Shown here: positions 49,383 through 59,098 of the stretch, in pieces | Numbering within the stretch: the stretch's first letter is position 1 | Layout of the letters: each line of letters begins with the position of its first letter | From: Thermoplasmatota archaeon | Lineage (GTDB): Archaea; Thermoplasmatota; E2; JACPAO01; JAHFTW01 | Reading direction: 5' to 3' | NCBI GenBank assembly: GCA_041601615.1 | Contig: JBFIHX010000006.1 | Span: 1 to 64,000, forward strand | Length of the DNA: 64,000 nt | The notes under the pieces: model-generated | What the model was told of the DNA's origin: nothing | The model's input: the letters and a program-made list of their open reading frames with translations, nothing else | Database searches by the model: none | Translations under genes and position numbers: made by a program

Positions 49383-50480
49383 ATGGACGGCGAGCCAGAG
49401 GCACCCGCCTTGGATGTGGACCCCGCGCAGCTCATGCGCATCGTGCGCATCTTGCCGGATGTCCTGTTCTCGTGCTTCAAGGGCGACGACGGCAAAATCT
49501 ACTGGAGCGTCAACGAAGGCGGCCTCGCCGAAGAATTCGGACTCACCACGAATCAAATCAAAGGCAAGAGCCTGGAACAACTGTTTCCGGGCGGAGCCAG
49601 CAGCGAGCTCCACCAGCACTTCGAAGACGCATTTCTTGGCAAACCCTACATTTTTACCAACGAAATCGAAGGGCGCCACTTTCGGCACTTTCCGCAACCG
49701 GTGCACGACGAACAAGGCAACGTAGAGGCAGTCGTCGGATACATTGCCGAAGTCACAGACCTCGTCAAGACCCAAGAGAAGCTTGCCAAAGCAAACATCG
49801 AATTGCAGACCTTCGCCCACGCCATCAGCCACGACCTGCAAAATCCCCTCGCGGCCATGCAGATGTTCCTGCATGTCCTGCTGCTGCACCCGGAAAAGTA
49901 TGACGAAAAAACTCGCAGCATCCTCGAACGCATGGAGCGAACCGCAGCGCGCATGCAATACATCGCAGAGGACACCTTGTATTTGTCCGAAATCAGCAAG
50001 GAAGGCCTGGAACGAACCGACGTGGACGTAACGGAGCTAGCACGCACCATCAGCATCGGGCTAGAAGCAACACGGCCCGACCGCAAACTCGACTGGGACA
50101 TCAAAGAAGGCATGTCCATCCACGCCGACGCACGCCTAAGCCGCATCGTCTTCGAAAACCTCCTCGGCAACGCTTGGAAATACACCGACGACGCCCAAGA
50201 CCCACGCATCCGCGTCTGGCAAGAAGACAAAAACGGCCGCCGCTGGATCACCGTCGAAGACAACGGCCGCGGCTTCGATCCCGCCGACGCTCGCCGCATC
50301 TTCCGACCCTTCGAACGCGCACACCGAGGCCCCGTCAAGGGCAGCGGCGTCGGCCTCAGTACCGTCAAGCGCGTCATGGACCGCCACGGCGGAGAAATCA
50401 TCAGCGAAGGCAGCCCCGGCAAAGGCGCATTGTTCCGATTCACATTTGATCCGGAGCCCGAAGACGAAGAGGACGAATAG
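49383..50480 (+). CDS. PAS-domain sensor histidine kinase
   Basis: SHDLQNPL, NLLGNAWKY, EDNGRGF, GSGVGL; TTTTATAA ~25 bp upstream. Confidence 0.92.
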   Translation: MDGEPEAPALDVDPAQLMRIVRILPDVLFSCFKGDDGKIYWSVNEGGLAEEFGLTTNQIKGKSLEQLFPGGASSELHQHFEDAFLGKPYIFTNEIEGRHFRHFPQPVHDEQGNVEAVVGYIAEVTDLVKTQEKLAKANIELQTFAHAISHDLQNPLAAMQMFLHVLLLHPEKYDEKTRSILERMERTAARMQYIAEDTLYLSEISKEGLERTDVDVTELARTISIGLEATRPDRKLDWDIKEGMSIHADARLSRIVFENLLGNAWKYTDDAQDPRIRVWQEDKNGRRWITVEDNGRGFDPADARRIFRPFERAHRGPVKGSGVGLSTVKRVMDRHGGEIISEGSPGKGALFRFTFDPEPEDEEDE

Positions 50481-50533
50481 CGCCCCCCACATTCTGCGCA
50501 TAGCACCCAATGTGCCCTGCCCCCCGAAACGAC

Positions 50534-52075
50534 CTATTCGGGATTCGCGCCAGGCCGCTCTATCACCGCAATGAACGCGTCGGCCTTCTCGTTTCTTGTA
50601 TCAACCCAAACCGGGTAGGCGCGACCGGGGCCGCTGTCGAGGTCGATGTAGTCGCCCAAGAACACCATGCCGTTCTGGTGGTGGCTGAATTGCTCATCGC
50701 TGCTTTGGTCTGTCACGCGCAGGTTCTGGCTCCAAGTAACCCCGCCATCGAGGCTGAAGCTGTGGTACAAGTCAAACAAGTGGCCTGCTGGATCGTCGCG
50801 TCGGTCGTACCAAACAGCGTCCACGGTGCCGTCGGGGCCCACACTGATAACGGGCATGAATTGGTCCACGCCGTTGGTTGGGTCGTCATCATGGATGCGA
50901 ACCGGGTCCGACCATGACACTCCATCGCGGCTCCAAACCGTGCGAATCTCTGCGTCCGATCCACTGTGGTCCATCCACGTCACGTACAAGCTGCCGCCGA
51001 AGGGACCCGAGCTGCGGTCAATGGCCAAGGCCGGAAGCGCAAACGTGCGGAACACCGAGCCTTGGAGGGCGGGCCAGCCGAAAGCGCCGTTGGGTGGCGG
51101 ATTCGTGTAGTTGCCGACAATGGTGGGTTCCATCCAGCGCAAACCGTCGGGCGACCAGGAAACAATGACGTTACCGGAGCTGTCAAGTGCAGCCATCCAA
51201 GCGCGGCCAAGGTGGTCCCAGTCCACCCAAGGAAGGAATCCATCCCAGGTGCCCGGCGCGTTGACGTTGGTTGGCGCGCTCCAGCTTCGCCCCTTGTCCA
51301 AAGAAGTAGCACATTGCATGTAGCCAGGGTTGGTCAACTGACCAGCGGGGTTGTTGCCCGGCAAGGCGATTTGATAGGAAGGGTCACGGTCCCAGCACAG
51401 CAACACCGTGCCATCCGGGGCGACACTCATCCACTGCTTGTCGTGCTCCAAGCGCGGCCCAAACGCGATTTCATTCACGATGGGCCAGGTGCGACCACCG
51501 TCGATGCTTACGAGCACATACATGCTACTGCACGACCACAACCAGTCGTTGGGTCCGCCGTCAGGAAACACGTCAGCACCCGTCTTGCTGCCCGTGAACG
51601 GGTCACATTGGTAGGGCATCACCGACCAGTACGCGGTTCCATCGGGCCCAAACGCGAGCACCGGGTCCGTGGCGCACCAAAACTTGCTCAACTGCGGGTG
51701 CAGCTCAGCCGTTGGGTCACCTAGTCGCTTCCAATTGCTTCCGGGCACATTGCTGTTGGTCCAAGTTGCGCCCCCGTCGAAAGTCGCGTAGATCCCATCC
51801 CAGACACAATCACCGGCTTCGCTTGGCGTGTAGTCTTTGCCCGAGGCCAAAATGTTGCGTGGATCCGTGGGATTGACCGCGATGGTCAATTCGTTTGCTT
51901 GCCGTCCCTCGGGAGAAAGGGTGGCCTGAATGTTGCAAGCGACGCTGCAATCGAGTGTCGAGGCGGCCGGACGCGGACTTGCTTCGTGGTTGGATTCGTC
52001 TGTGCCTCCGATGCAACCCGCAAGCATCACGGTCAGCAAGAATCCCACAAGGCCAAGGACGGCCAGGTTTCGCAT
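50534..52075 (-). CDS. BNR/Asp-box (sialidase-fold) lipoprotein
   Basis: MLAGC lipobox; TFDGGATW, SIDGGRTW, SLDKGRSW, SLDGGVTW, GDY. Confidence 0.85.
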   Translation of the reverse strand: MRNLAVLGLVGFLLTVMLAGCIGGTDESNHEASPRPAASTLDCSVACNIQATLSPEGRQANELTIAVNPTDPRNILASGKDYTPSEAGDCVWDGIYATFDGGATWTNSNVPGSNWKRLGDPTAELHPQLSKFWCATDPVLAFGPDGTAYWSVMPYQCDPFTGSKTGADVFPDGGPNDWLWSCSSMYVLVSIDGGRTWPIVNEIAFGPRLEHDKQWMSVAPDGTVLLCWDRDPSYQIALPGNNPAGQLTNPGYMQCATSLDKGRSWSAPTNVNAPGTWDGFLPWVDWDHLGRAWMAALDSSGNVIVSWSPDGLRWMEPTIVGNYTNPPPNGAFGWPALQGSVFRTFALPALAIDRSSGPFGGSLYVTWMDHSGSDAEIRTVWSRDGVSWSDPVRIHDDDPTNGVDQFMPVISVGPDGTVDAVWYDRRDDPAGHLFDLYHSFSLDGGVTWSQNLRVTDQSSDEQFSHHQNGMVFLGDYIDLDSGPGRAYPVWVDTRNEKADAFIAVIERPGANPE

Positions 52076-52187
52076 AGACCATCGAGACGGAGACGAGGTG
52101 ATGAGGATTGTCACTGCCCAAGTGACGAACGAACGCGCCGCAGTGGACAAATACGCAAGTGAACCATCTTCGGCCGTGCCCCGCGCC

Positions 52188-52829
52188 ATGCGCCACGCCT
52201 TGCTTGCCGCGTCACTTCTGCTCCTACTCATACCGCCCGCCGTCGCTCAGTCCGCAACCCCCACCGCCACCGCTCGCCTCGACGGTCCCAACGCATTCGA
52301 CTCCGTTCCCGCCCGCGCCACCGCAGTCATCCCCCTCGACTTGACCCTCGAAGTCGCGGGATTCGCCTGCCTTCAAGACACCCCCTTCACGGTCGCGCTC
52401 TCAGCACGGCAAGATTCCGGCGCCCAGCACATCATTCAGCTCCACCCGAAATCCCTGACCTTCACCGTACCAGCCGGACGAGGCCTTGCCGGATACAGCC
52501 AAACCGTCGCAATCACCGCCTCCATCGACCCCGCCCCCGCCCCTGCGCCCGGCGCCGGCCCCGACTTCAGCCCAGACTCAGACCCCCGGAACACCTCCGC
52601 CCTTTTGCACGTGGTGGCCAAGGCCCCCGAAGGTGGTTGTCCAAATGCCATCACACCCGAACTGCAAGGTGACGAAGCCGCCATTCTCGTAACCTGGCAA
52701 GAACCTCCAGCCGAACCGCCCACCCGCGCCATGCCGGCGACCACGACGCTTCAAGTGCTCGCCGTTTTCTGCATTGCCTTGATACGTCTTCGTGCACCGC
52801 TCCTAAATACTGGCGGCAGCAAAGTCTGA
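52188..52829 (+). CDS. Secreted protein with C-terminal anchor
   Basis: Signal peptide MRHALLAASLLLLLIPPAVA; C-terminal MPA-TM-RLR. Confidence 0.65.
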   Translation: MRHALLAASLLLLLIPPAVAQSATPTATARLDGPNAFDSVPARATAVIPLDLTLEVAGFACLQDTPFTVALSARQDSGAQHIIQLHPKSLTFTVPAGRGLAGYSQTVAITASIDPAPAPAPGAGPDFSPDSDPRNTSALLHVVAKAPEGGCPNAITPELQGDEAAILVTWQEPPAEPPTRAMPATTTLQVLAVFCIALIRLRAPLLNTGGSKV

Positions 52830-52878
52830 AGAAGACGCCACCGCTTATCGCGGCAGAGCACAGACTGGAGGAGCAAGA

Positions 52879-53910
52879 ATGGCAAAGGGACTCGACGTAG
52901 GAACCATGAATCTCATCGCTGCCGAGCGCAACGGTGACAAAACGACGCTAACACAACAACGCAACTCGTACGTAGAAATCGAGTACAGCGAAGTTGCCGA
53001 GAAGATGCTCGCACGAAGCGACGTCCTCTACATCCGCAAGGACAACCAAGTATTCATTGTCGGCGAAGACGCATTGAACTTCGCCAACGTATTCAACAAG
53101 GAAACGCGGCGACCAATGCAGAAAGGCATTCTGAATCGCGATGAAAAATCCGCAATTCCCATGATTCGTCTCATCATCGAACGCCTCGTAGGCGAACCGA
53201 ACCACCCCGGCGAATTGCTGTACTACACGAGCCCCGCCCGGCCCGCCGACGACGCCCGCCAGGACGTCTTGTACCACCAGAAAACCATCGAATCCATCCT
53301 ACGCAAGCTAGGCTACACCCCGCGCGTCATCAACGAAGGCATGAGCGTCGTGTACTCAGAATTGCCCGACAATCAATTCACCGGCATGGGCGTCAGCTTC
53401 GGCGCCGGCATGACCAATGTCTGCCTTGCCCACTACGGCTTGCCCGTCATGACCACCGCCGTGGCACGAGGCGGCGACTGGATCGACCAAAACGTCAGCG
53501 AGGCCACCGGCTACACCCGAGACAAAATCACAGCCTTCAAAGAAAAGGACTTCAAGCTCACGGAGGAGCCCGAGAGCGAACTGGACAGCGCCCTGACGAT
53601 CTACTACGAGAACCTCGTCGACTACGTCGTGCAGAGCATCCGCAAGGAAGTCGAGAAGGCCCGCGTCGAAGAAGGCATGACCATCCCGATTGCCATCACC
53701 GGAGGCACCGCCAGCCCCGCAGGCTTTGCCGAACTCTTCGAACGCAAACTACGCGCCGCGAACCTGCCCTTCAAGGTGGGCTCCATCAAGCACGCAAAGA
53801 GCCCCCTGTACTCCGTCGCCCTCGGCACCCTGGTGGCCGCTCGCGCCGAAGAGGAAGAGACGCTGGAAGAAGCGCCCGCCGCCAAAGCTGAATCGAAAGC
53901 CACGGCCTGA
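52879..53910 (+). CDS. Actin-fold cytoskeletal ATPase, volactin-like
   Basis: Phosphate-1 GLDVGTMN, phosphate-2 SFGAGMTN, adenosine ITGGT; N-terminus resembles haloarchaeal volactin (from recall); GGAGG SD. Confidence 0.85.
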   Translation: MAKGLDVGTMNLIAAERNGDKTTLTQQRNSYVEIEYSEVAEKMLARSDVLYIRKDNQVFIVGEDALNFANVFNKETRRPMQKGILNRDEKSAIPMIRLIIERLVGEPNHPGELLYYTSPARPADDARQDVLYHQKTIESILRKLGYTPRVINEGMSVVYSELPDNQFTGMGVSFGAGMTNVCLAHYGLPVMTTAVARGGDWIDQNVSEATGYTRDKITAFKEKDFKLTEEPESELDSALTIYYENLVDYVVQSIRKEVEKARVEEGMTIPIAITGGTASPAGFAELFERKLRAANLPFKVGSIKHAKSPLYSVALGTLVAARAEEEETLEEAPAAKAESKATA

Positions 53911-53916
53911 GGCTCC

Positions 53917-54813
53917 ATGGACGAGAGCCGCTACACGACGCTGTTTGGCCATGAGCAAAGCCGAACCCAGGTCTACACAGGCCTCTACCTGCTGCTGGGT
54001 GGTTTGGTCGTGGGCCTCGGCGCCGTGGGCCTATTCCTGTTTGCAGGCAGCCAGGAAGTCGCTCGGCTCTACCTGTGGCGAGAAGGAGCGTTGGCGTTGG
54101 GCGCCGTCGCCATCACCACCTTCTTTCTCGGGATCTCGGTCGCCCTGCCGTCGAATCGGTTCATGCAGCGAGCGTCCTACCTCGGCGTCTTGCTTTGCGG
54201 CGTATCGATCATTTTGTTCATGATCCACTACCCGCTCCACTTCAACGTCCAGGACTCCCTTGATCCAAACCAACAGGACTACACCGCCGTCGACACCATC
54301 CTGTTTGCCCTCGGCTTGTCCATCATGGTCGCAGGCGCCTTCGTGAGCGTCGTCGGCTACTACATCCAACGCCTAAGCCAGTGGGTCGAACCCGAATCGT
54401 ACGTCGACGAATTTGGCAACAAGACCTACGAAGTGCCTGACTGGGTGGTCGAGAAGGACCTCGAAGATGCCATGGATCGACACGGCGTCTCCTGGGGCAT
54501 GGGCGACGACGCAACGTCCCTGCAAATCAACGTCCGCGACGACATGGACGGAGCCGTCATCAACGCCAAGGGCCGCGTAAACATAGTCGAAATCGACGCC
54601 AAAGACAACGACGAAGCCGTGGGCGCACTCGTAGGAATGCGACCCGAGAACCGCAACCGCCGCACAGTGGCCGCAGACGAAGTGGACGATCCCGTCGCAG
54701 CGCTTCGCGCCTTCCGCAAACAAGTCAAAGAAGACCCCAAAGCGTTCCGCGTCAAACAAGGTGGCCTTCGCAAACCCCGCCAAGGCGGCCCCAAACTCGG
54801 AGAGGAACCGTGA
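53917..54813 (+). CDS. 4-TM membrane protein with acidic tail, CdpA-like
   Basis: WRE..LALG, LP, YP..FNV, DY motifs; tail EKDLEDAM...SWG, DEAVGAL, VDDPVAALRAFR. Confidence 0.65.
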   Translation: MDESRYTTLFGHEQSRTQVYTGLYLLLGGLVVGLGAVGLFLFAGSQEVARLYLWREGALALGAVAITTFFLGISVALPSNRFMQRASYLGVLLCGVSIILFMIHYPLHFNVQDSLDPNQQDYTAVDTILFALGLSIMVAGAFVSVVGYYIQRLSQWVEPESYVDEFGNKTYEVPDWVVEKDLEDAMDRHGVSWGMGDDATSLQINVRDDMDGAVINAKGRVNIVEIDAKDNDEAVGALVGMRPENRNRRTVAADEVDDPVAALRAFRKQVKEDPKAFRVKQGGLRKPRQGGPKLGEEP

Positions 54814-56612
54814 CCACGAAAGAGTCCGACGAGTTTGAGATCCGCGCCCAAAAAAAGCCAAGCCACGTCGAAGCGAACGGACACGCACCCAAGGACCACG
54901 TCGAAGTCGCCCACGACAAAGGCAAGCGCACCCACGCCGAGGACCACGCAGACCTCGACGTTGGATCCTTCGAAGTTGCCCGCGATGCGCCTCCCGTGCG
55001 CGTCGAAGTCCCCCTCAAGGCCGGGCCGTTTCGCATCGTCCGGCGACAGCGCCACGCCCAGCCCTGGAGCGAACCCGAACCAGACGTGGAACTGGCCCAA
55101 CCCAATCGACGAGACCCGGGCCCCTCCGTGGTCTCCGACCTCGCCCCCGGCCCCGTGGAGGTCCAAGAACGCGAACAACGCAACGCAGACGCCGCAGACC
55201 TTGTTCCTGGCGAAGCAGAAATTCAAGTGCCCCGTCGCAAGCAAGCCACAGCCTCCGATCTAAGCCCCGGCCAAGCAGAGGTGCACAAACCGCGACGCCG
55301 CCGCGCCGACGCCTCGGATTTGACCCCCACCGCCGCAGAGATACATCGCCCGTCGACGCGCACTGCCGATGTCTCGGATTTGGCACCAGGAAAACCGCGC
55401 ATCACCCGCACCACCCCACGAAAAGCGGAGGCAAGCGACCTCATTCCCGGAGAAGCCGAAGTGCAACACGCCACGCGCCGCATCGCAGACACAAGTGATC
55501 TAGCACCAGCAGAACCCGAAGTGCAGCAACGAATCCAACGCCGCGCCGATACCTCCGATATGAAAACCGGCACCGTGGACATCCAACAACAAGCCGCAAG
55601 CAACGGCCCGGACGTAACCGATCTAGCCCCAGGTCCGCCAGAGGTGCAACGGCACGAGAGCCATGGCCCCGATGTAACGGATCTAAAACTGGGCGAACCC
55701 GAAGTGCAGCGGCACGAAAGCCAGGGCCCCGATGTCCGCGACCTTCGCACCGGCAAAACCGAAGTGCAGCAGCCCGAACAGCGACGCGCCGATGCTTCAG
55801 ACCTGGCCCCCGGACCCGCCAAAGTGCAGCAACACACCCGCCGCGTCCCCCGCACCTCGGACATGAAACCGGGAACACCCGAAGTGCAAGAACTGCCCCG
55901 GCGAACCGCAGACGCTTCTGATCTTGCCCCCGGAGAAACCGAAGTCCAGGAACACACCCGCCGCATCCCCGATGCCTCCGACATGAGCCCTGGAGCAGCC
56001 GAAGTCCAAGAACACAAGCGGCGCATTCCAGATACCTCCGACTTCGAGCCCGGCGCAACCGAAGTACACGAACGAACCCGCCGCATCCCCGATACCTCCG
56101 ACATGGCCCCCGGCGCCGCCCGCGTGCGCACCCACGAAAGCCACGCGCCCGACGTATCCGACCTCGCCCCAGACGAGCCCCAAGTCCGCCAGCGCAAAGA
56201 ACGCAGCATCGACACCAGCGGCCTCGAAATCGGCCTCCCACGCGTCGAAACCGCACGCGGCACACCTATCCCCCAAGCCAGCCGCGGCACCCTAGACGCC
56301 GACGTGGAAATCATCCCCCCCGGCCTCCGCCCCGACGGAACCCCCCACGGATCAAAACCCCGCCCCATGTTCGTTCGCAGCCTCATGGCCGCCGCCGAAA
56401 CCGAAGTCCGCTCCACCAAAGGCAACCCCGTAGACTCACCCTTTCCCATGGACAAACAAGGAGACGCCGCCGTCCGGTACGACACCGACTCCGTATGGAC
56501 GCCGAGAGAGTTGCGGCGGTCGTATGTGGAAGGGGAAGAACAACCAGCACCCAAACGGAACCGCCAGAAGGCGCCGAACGAAAAAGTGACGGTCGTGGAC
56601 GAAGAGGAGTGA
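54810..56612 (+). CDS. Tandem-repeat protein (19 x ~20 aa)
   Basis: GTGA overlap with upstream stop; consensus xRRx(A/P)D(A/T/V)SD(L/M)xPGxxEVQ. Confidence 0.85.
   Translation: MTTKESDEFEIRAQKKPSHVEANGHAPKDHVEVAHDKGKRTHAEDHADLDVGSFEVARDAPPVRVEVPLKAGPFRIVRRQRHAQPWSEPEPDVELAQPNRRDPGPSVVSDLAPGPVEVQEREQRNADAADLVPGEAEIQVPRRKQATASDLSPGQAEVHKPRRRRADASDLTPTAAEIHRPSTRTADVSDLAPGKPRITRTTPRKAEASDLIPGEAEVQHATRRIADTSDLAPAEPEVQQRIQRRADTSDMKTGTVDIQQQAASNGPDVTDLAPGPPEVQRHESHGPDVTDLKLGEPEVQRHESQGPDVRDLRTGKTEVQQPEQRRADASDLAPGPAKVQQHTRRVPRTSDMKPGTPEVQELPRRTADASDLAPGETEVQEHTRRIPDASDMSPGAAEVQEHKRRIPDTSDFEPGATEVHERTRRIPDTSDMAPGAARVRTHESHAPDVSDLAPDEPQVRQRKERSIDTSGLEIGLPRVETARGTPIPQASRGTLDADVEIIPPGLRPDGTPHGSKPRPMFVRSLMAAAETEVRSTKGNPVDSPFPMDKQGDAAVRYDTDSVWTPRELRRSYVEGEEQPAPKRNRQKAPNEKVTVVDEEE
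55113..56255 (+). repeat. Degenerate 60-bp coding tandem repeat, 19 units
   Basis: 20-aa periodicity with one 21-aa unit. Confidence 0.9.
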
Positions 56613-56660
56613 ACCGGCCCTCGCTGCGGCATCGAGGCGCCGCCTTCGACACCCTCATAA

Positions 56661-56684
56661 AACTGTAGTTCTACAGTTCTACAG
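56661..56684 (+). promoter_or_regulatory. Palindromic operator upstream of the MNT-HEPN operon
   Basis: AACTGTAG-TT-CTACAGTT perfect inverted repeat plus a third TTCTACAG half-site, between CATAAAA and the ATG. Confidence 0.65.
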
Positions 56685-56685
56685 C

Positions 56686-57093
56686 ATGGTGACGACGCAG
56701 CTAACCGCCGAGACGCACCAAGCGCTCCAAGATCGAAAGCGGAGCATGAACGCACGGTCCATCGACGCGGTGATTCAGGAACTGCTCGCCCCGCGCCCAC
56801 ACAAAGAAACGGTACTCGCTCGCCTGCGGTCCGTCGCCCCGGCACTGCTCGGTTTCGGGGTGCGACGACTCCGCCTCTTCGGCTCCGTAGCCACCGACAC
56901 CGCCCGACCCGGCTCCGACATCGACATGATCGTGGACTTGGAAGGAGACCGAGACTACGTCGATCTTGCCCGCGTGCAAAGGTTCATGGAAACGGTCCTC
57001 GGCGCCAAGTGCGACCTCGTGCTTCCCCGCGCCCTGCACCCCAACCTCGAAGCAGGAATCATGGCGCAAGCAATGGAGGTGGACCTTGACTGA
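56686..57093 (+). CDS. MNT nucleotidyltransferase antitoxin with N-terminal RHH-like domain
   Basis: LFGSVA...PGSDIDMIV. Confidence 0.85.
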   Translation: MVTTQLTAETHQALQDRKRSMNARSIDAVIQELLAPRPHKETVLARLRSVAPALLGFGVRRLRLFGSVATDTARPGSDIDMIVDLEGDRDYVDLARVQRFMETVLGAKCDLVLPRALHPNLEAGIMAQAMEVDLD

Positions 57094-57439
57094 ACGCGAC
57101 CGATTCTGGGTCCAAGAAACCCTCGAACAAGCCGAGAAAGCCATCGAATTTGCCCAAGGAACGGACGAAGTGCACTTGATGGCGATGCTCAAAGCGGTTG
57201 AGAATTTGTTTGAGGCCACGACTGCATTATCTGACGAGGCGAGGGATGCACTGTTTCCAGATCCCGATGAATACGCCGATTTGAGAGGGGTTCGGAATTA
57301 CTACGTCCATCAGTACCACCGCGTCGATGCGGCGATGGCTAGAAGAACAGTGACGCGGCATTTTCCGGGGATTGTGGAGAGGGCGAGGGACTGGATTTTC
57401 CAGATTGACGAAGTTCCCAGGGGTCGCAAGAGAGCTTAG
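57086..57439 (+). CDS. HEPN (DUF86/HepT-like) RNase toxin
   Basis: RNYYVHQY (Rx4HxY); TTG start overlapping the MNT end. Confidence 0.8.
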   Translation: MTERDRFWVQETLEQAEKAIEFAQGTDEVHLMAMLKAVENLFEATTALSDEARDALFPDPDEYADLRGVRNYYVHQYHRVDAAMARRTVTRHFPGIVERARDWIFQIDEVPRGRKRA

Positions 57440-58989
57440 ATAACCGTCCCATGCCCCTTCCTCGGCAGCGCCAAGTGCTTCCCTGCGTAGGTCTCCATCC
57501 TCGCAATCAACTCCTTCCTCAATTCAGCGGGAGGAACGATGTGGTCCACGATCAAGTCGTTGGCGGTGACGTGGATGTCAATATCGGCGCGGTACTCATC
57601 CCGCTTCGCAACAATCCATGCCTCTCGCTCTACAGGGTCGGCAATGGCGGCGATGTGGTTGGCGTAAACGGCGTTGATGGCGGCTTCGGCGCCCATGACG
57701 GCGATTTCGGCGCCGGGAAGCGCTAGGGTCGCGTCGGGTTCGAAGGCGGGTCCGCACATGGCGTAGATGCCGGCACCGTAGGCTTTTCGCACGGCCACAC
57801 AGAACTTGGGCACGGTAGCGGTGCTGGTTGCGTAGATGAATTTCTTGCCTCGCTTCAGGATGCCCATTTTTTCGACTTCGCTGCCGACCATGAAGCCGGG
57901 GGTGTCGCAGAGGTACACGAGTGGGACGTTGTAGGCGTCGCAGGTCGTGATGAATTCGGCGGCTTTGTCGGCACTGTGTGGGAAGATGGCGCCGGCTCGG
58001 TGTTGGCTGTTGTTGGCGACGATGCCGACGGGGCGGCCGCCGATGCGGGCAAAGCCGGTGATGAGTTCCTCGGCGTGTTGGGCTTTGATTTCGAACCAGC
58101 TGTCGGCGTCGACGGTGCAGTCGATGAGCTCGTGCATGTCGAAGGCTTGGTTGGGGTCGTCGGGGACGATGCCGTCGAGTTCCGTGGGGCTGCGGGCGGG
58201 CTCTCTCGCTTCGTAGACGGGGGGCCGTTCGTCGCAATTGTCGGGCAAGTAGCTGAGGAGTCGCTTGACGGCGAGTGCCGCTTCTTCCTCTGTGTCCACG
58301 ACGACGTGGCATTGGCCGGATTCCTGCATGTGCAAGTCCGCGCCTCCGAGTTCTTGCATGGTGATCGCTTCCCCCGTGACCATTTCGACCATGCGGGGAC
58401 TTGCGATGCAGAGAGCACTCATGCCGCGCACCATAATCGAAAAGTCGCAGAAGATTGGCGTGTAGGCGGCGCCCGCGACACAGGGGCCGTAGAGGACGCT
58501 GATTTGTGGAATTTTGCCGCTGAGGATGCTGTGGTTGTAGAAGTATTTGCCAATGCCTCGGATGTTGGCAAAGAAGCCGGCTTGGTCCGTGATTCGTGCG
58601 CCGGAGGAGTCGATGAGGTAGAGAATCGGTTTTTGGGCGCGCTGGGCGCGTTCCTGGACGCGAATGAATTTCTCCACGCCGCGCTCGGCCATGCTGCCGG
58701 CTTTCACGGTGTAGTCGTTGGCGATGACGAAGACAGTGCGGTCGTGGATGTCGCCGGCGCCCGTGACCATGCCATCGGCGGCGAGGCCCTCGTCGGCCTT
58801 CTGGTTGTTTGCAAACAAGCCGTCCTCGAAGCGCAGGCCGTTCGGGAAGTACAAATCGAGTCGGTCGCGCACGAAGAATTTGCCCACGGACGAGAGGCGG
58901 TCCTTGTACTTCTGGGGGCCGCCAAGGCGCAAACGCTCGATGTCGGCGCGGATGGCGTCCTCGCGGGTGGGGGACGGCGGTGGGCTCAT
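57436..58989 (-). CDS. Acyl-CoA carboxylase, carboxyltransferase (beta) subunit
   Basis: DSSGARI, GPCVAGAAY, DTPGFMVG, RKAYGAG; ATG 58989. Confidence 0.93.
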   Translation of the reverse strand: MSPPPSPTREDAIRADIERLRLGGPQKYKDRLSSVGKFFVRDRLDLYFPNGLRFEDGLFANNQKADEGLAADGMVTGAGDIHDRTVFVIANDYTVKAGSMAERGVEKFIRVQERAQRAQKPILYLIDSSGARITDQAGFFANIRGIGKYFYNHSILSGKIPQISVLYGPCVAGAAYTPIFCDFSIMVRGMSALCIASPRMVEMVTGEAITMQELGGADLHMQESGQCHVVVDTEEEAALAVKRLLSYLPDNCDERPPVYEAREPARSPTELDGIVPDDPNQAFDMHELIDCTVDADSWFEIKAQHAEELITGFARIGGRPVGIVANNSQHRAGAIFPHSADKAAEFITTCDAYNVPLVYLCDTPGFMVGSEVEKMGILKRGKKFIYATSTATVPKFCVAVRKAYGAGIYAMCGPAFEPDATLALPGAEIAVMGAEAAINAVYANHIAAIADPVEREAWIVAKRDEYRADIDIHVTANDLIVDHIVPPAELRKELIARMETYAGKHLALPRKGHGTVI

Positions 58990-59098
58990 GTCCGGCGCAC
59001 AGAGCACGAGCCTTTCAACGGCGCGGTCGGGTCCGCAGAGGGCACGGGGAACAAAACGACGGAAAACACCGAAAATGCGACGAAAATCGAGGCGCCTG

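Noticed and set aside
55113-56255. 60-bp periodicity as a CRISPR array
   Set aside because: Units are degenerate at the DNA level, in frame and protein-coding; no identical repeats with unique spacers and no cas genes
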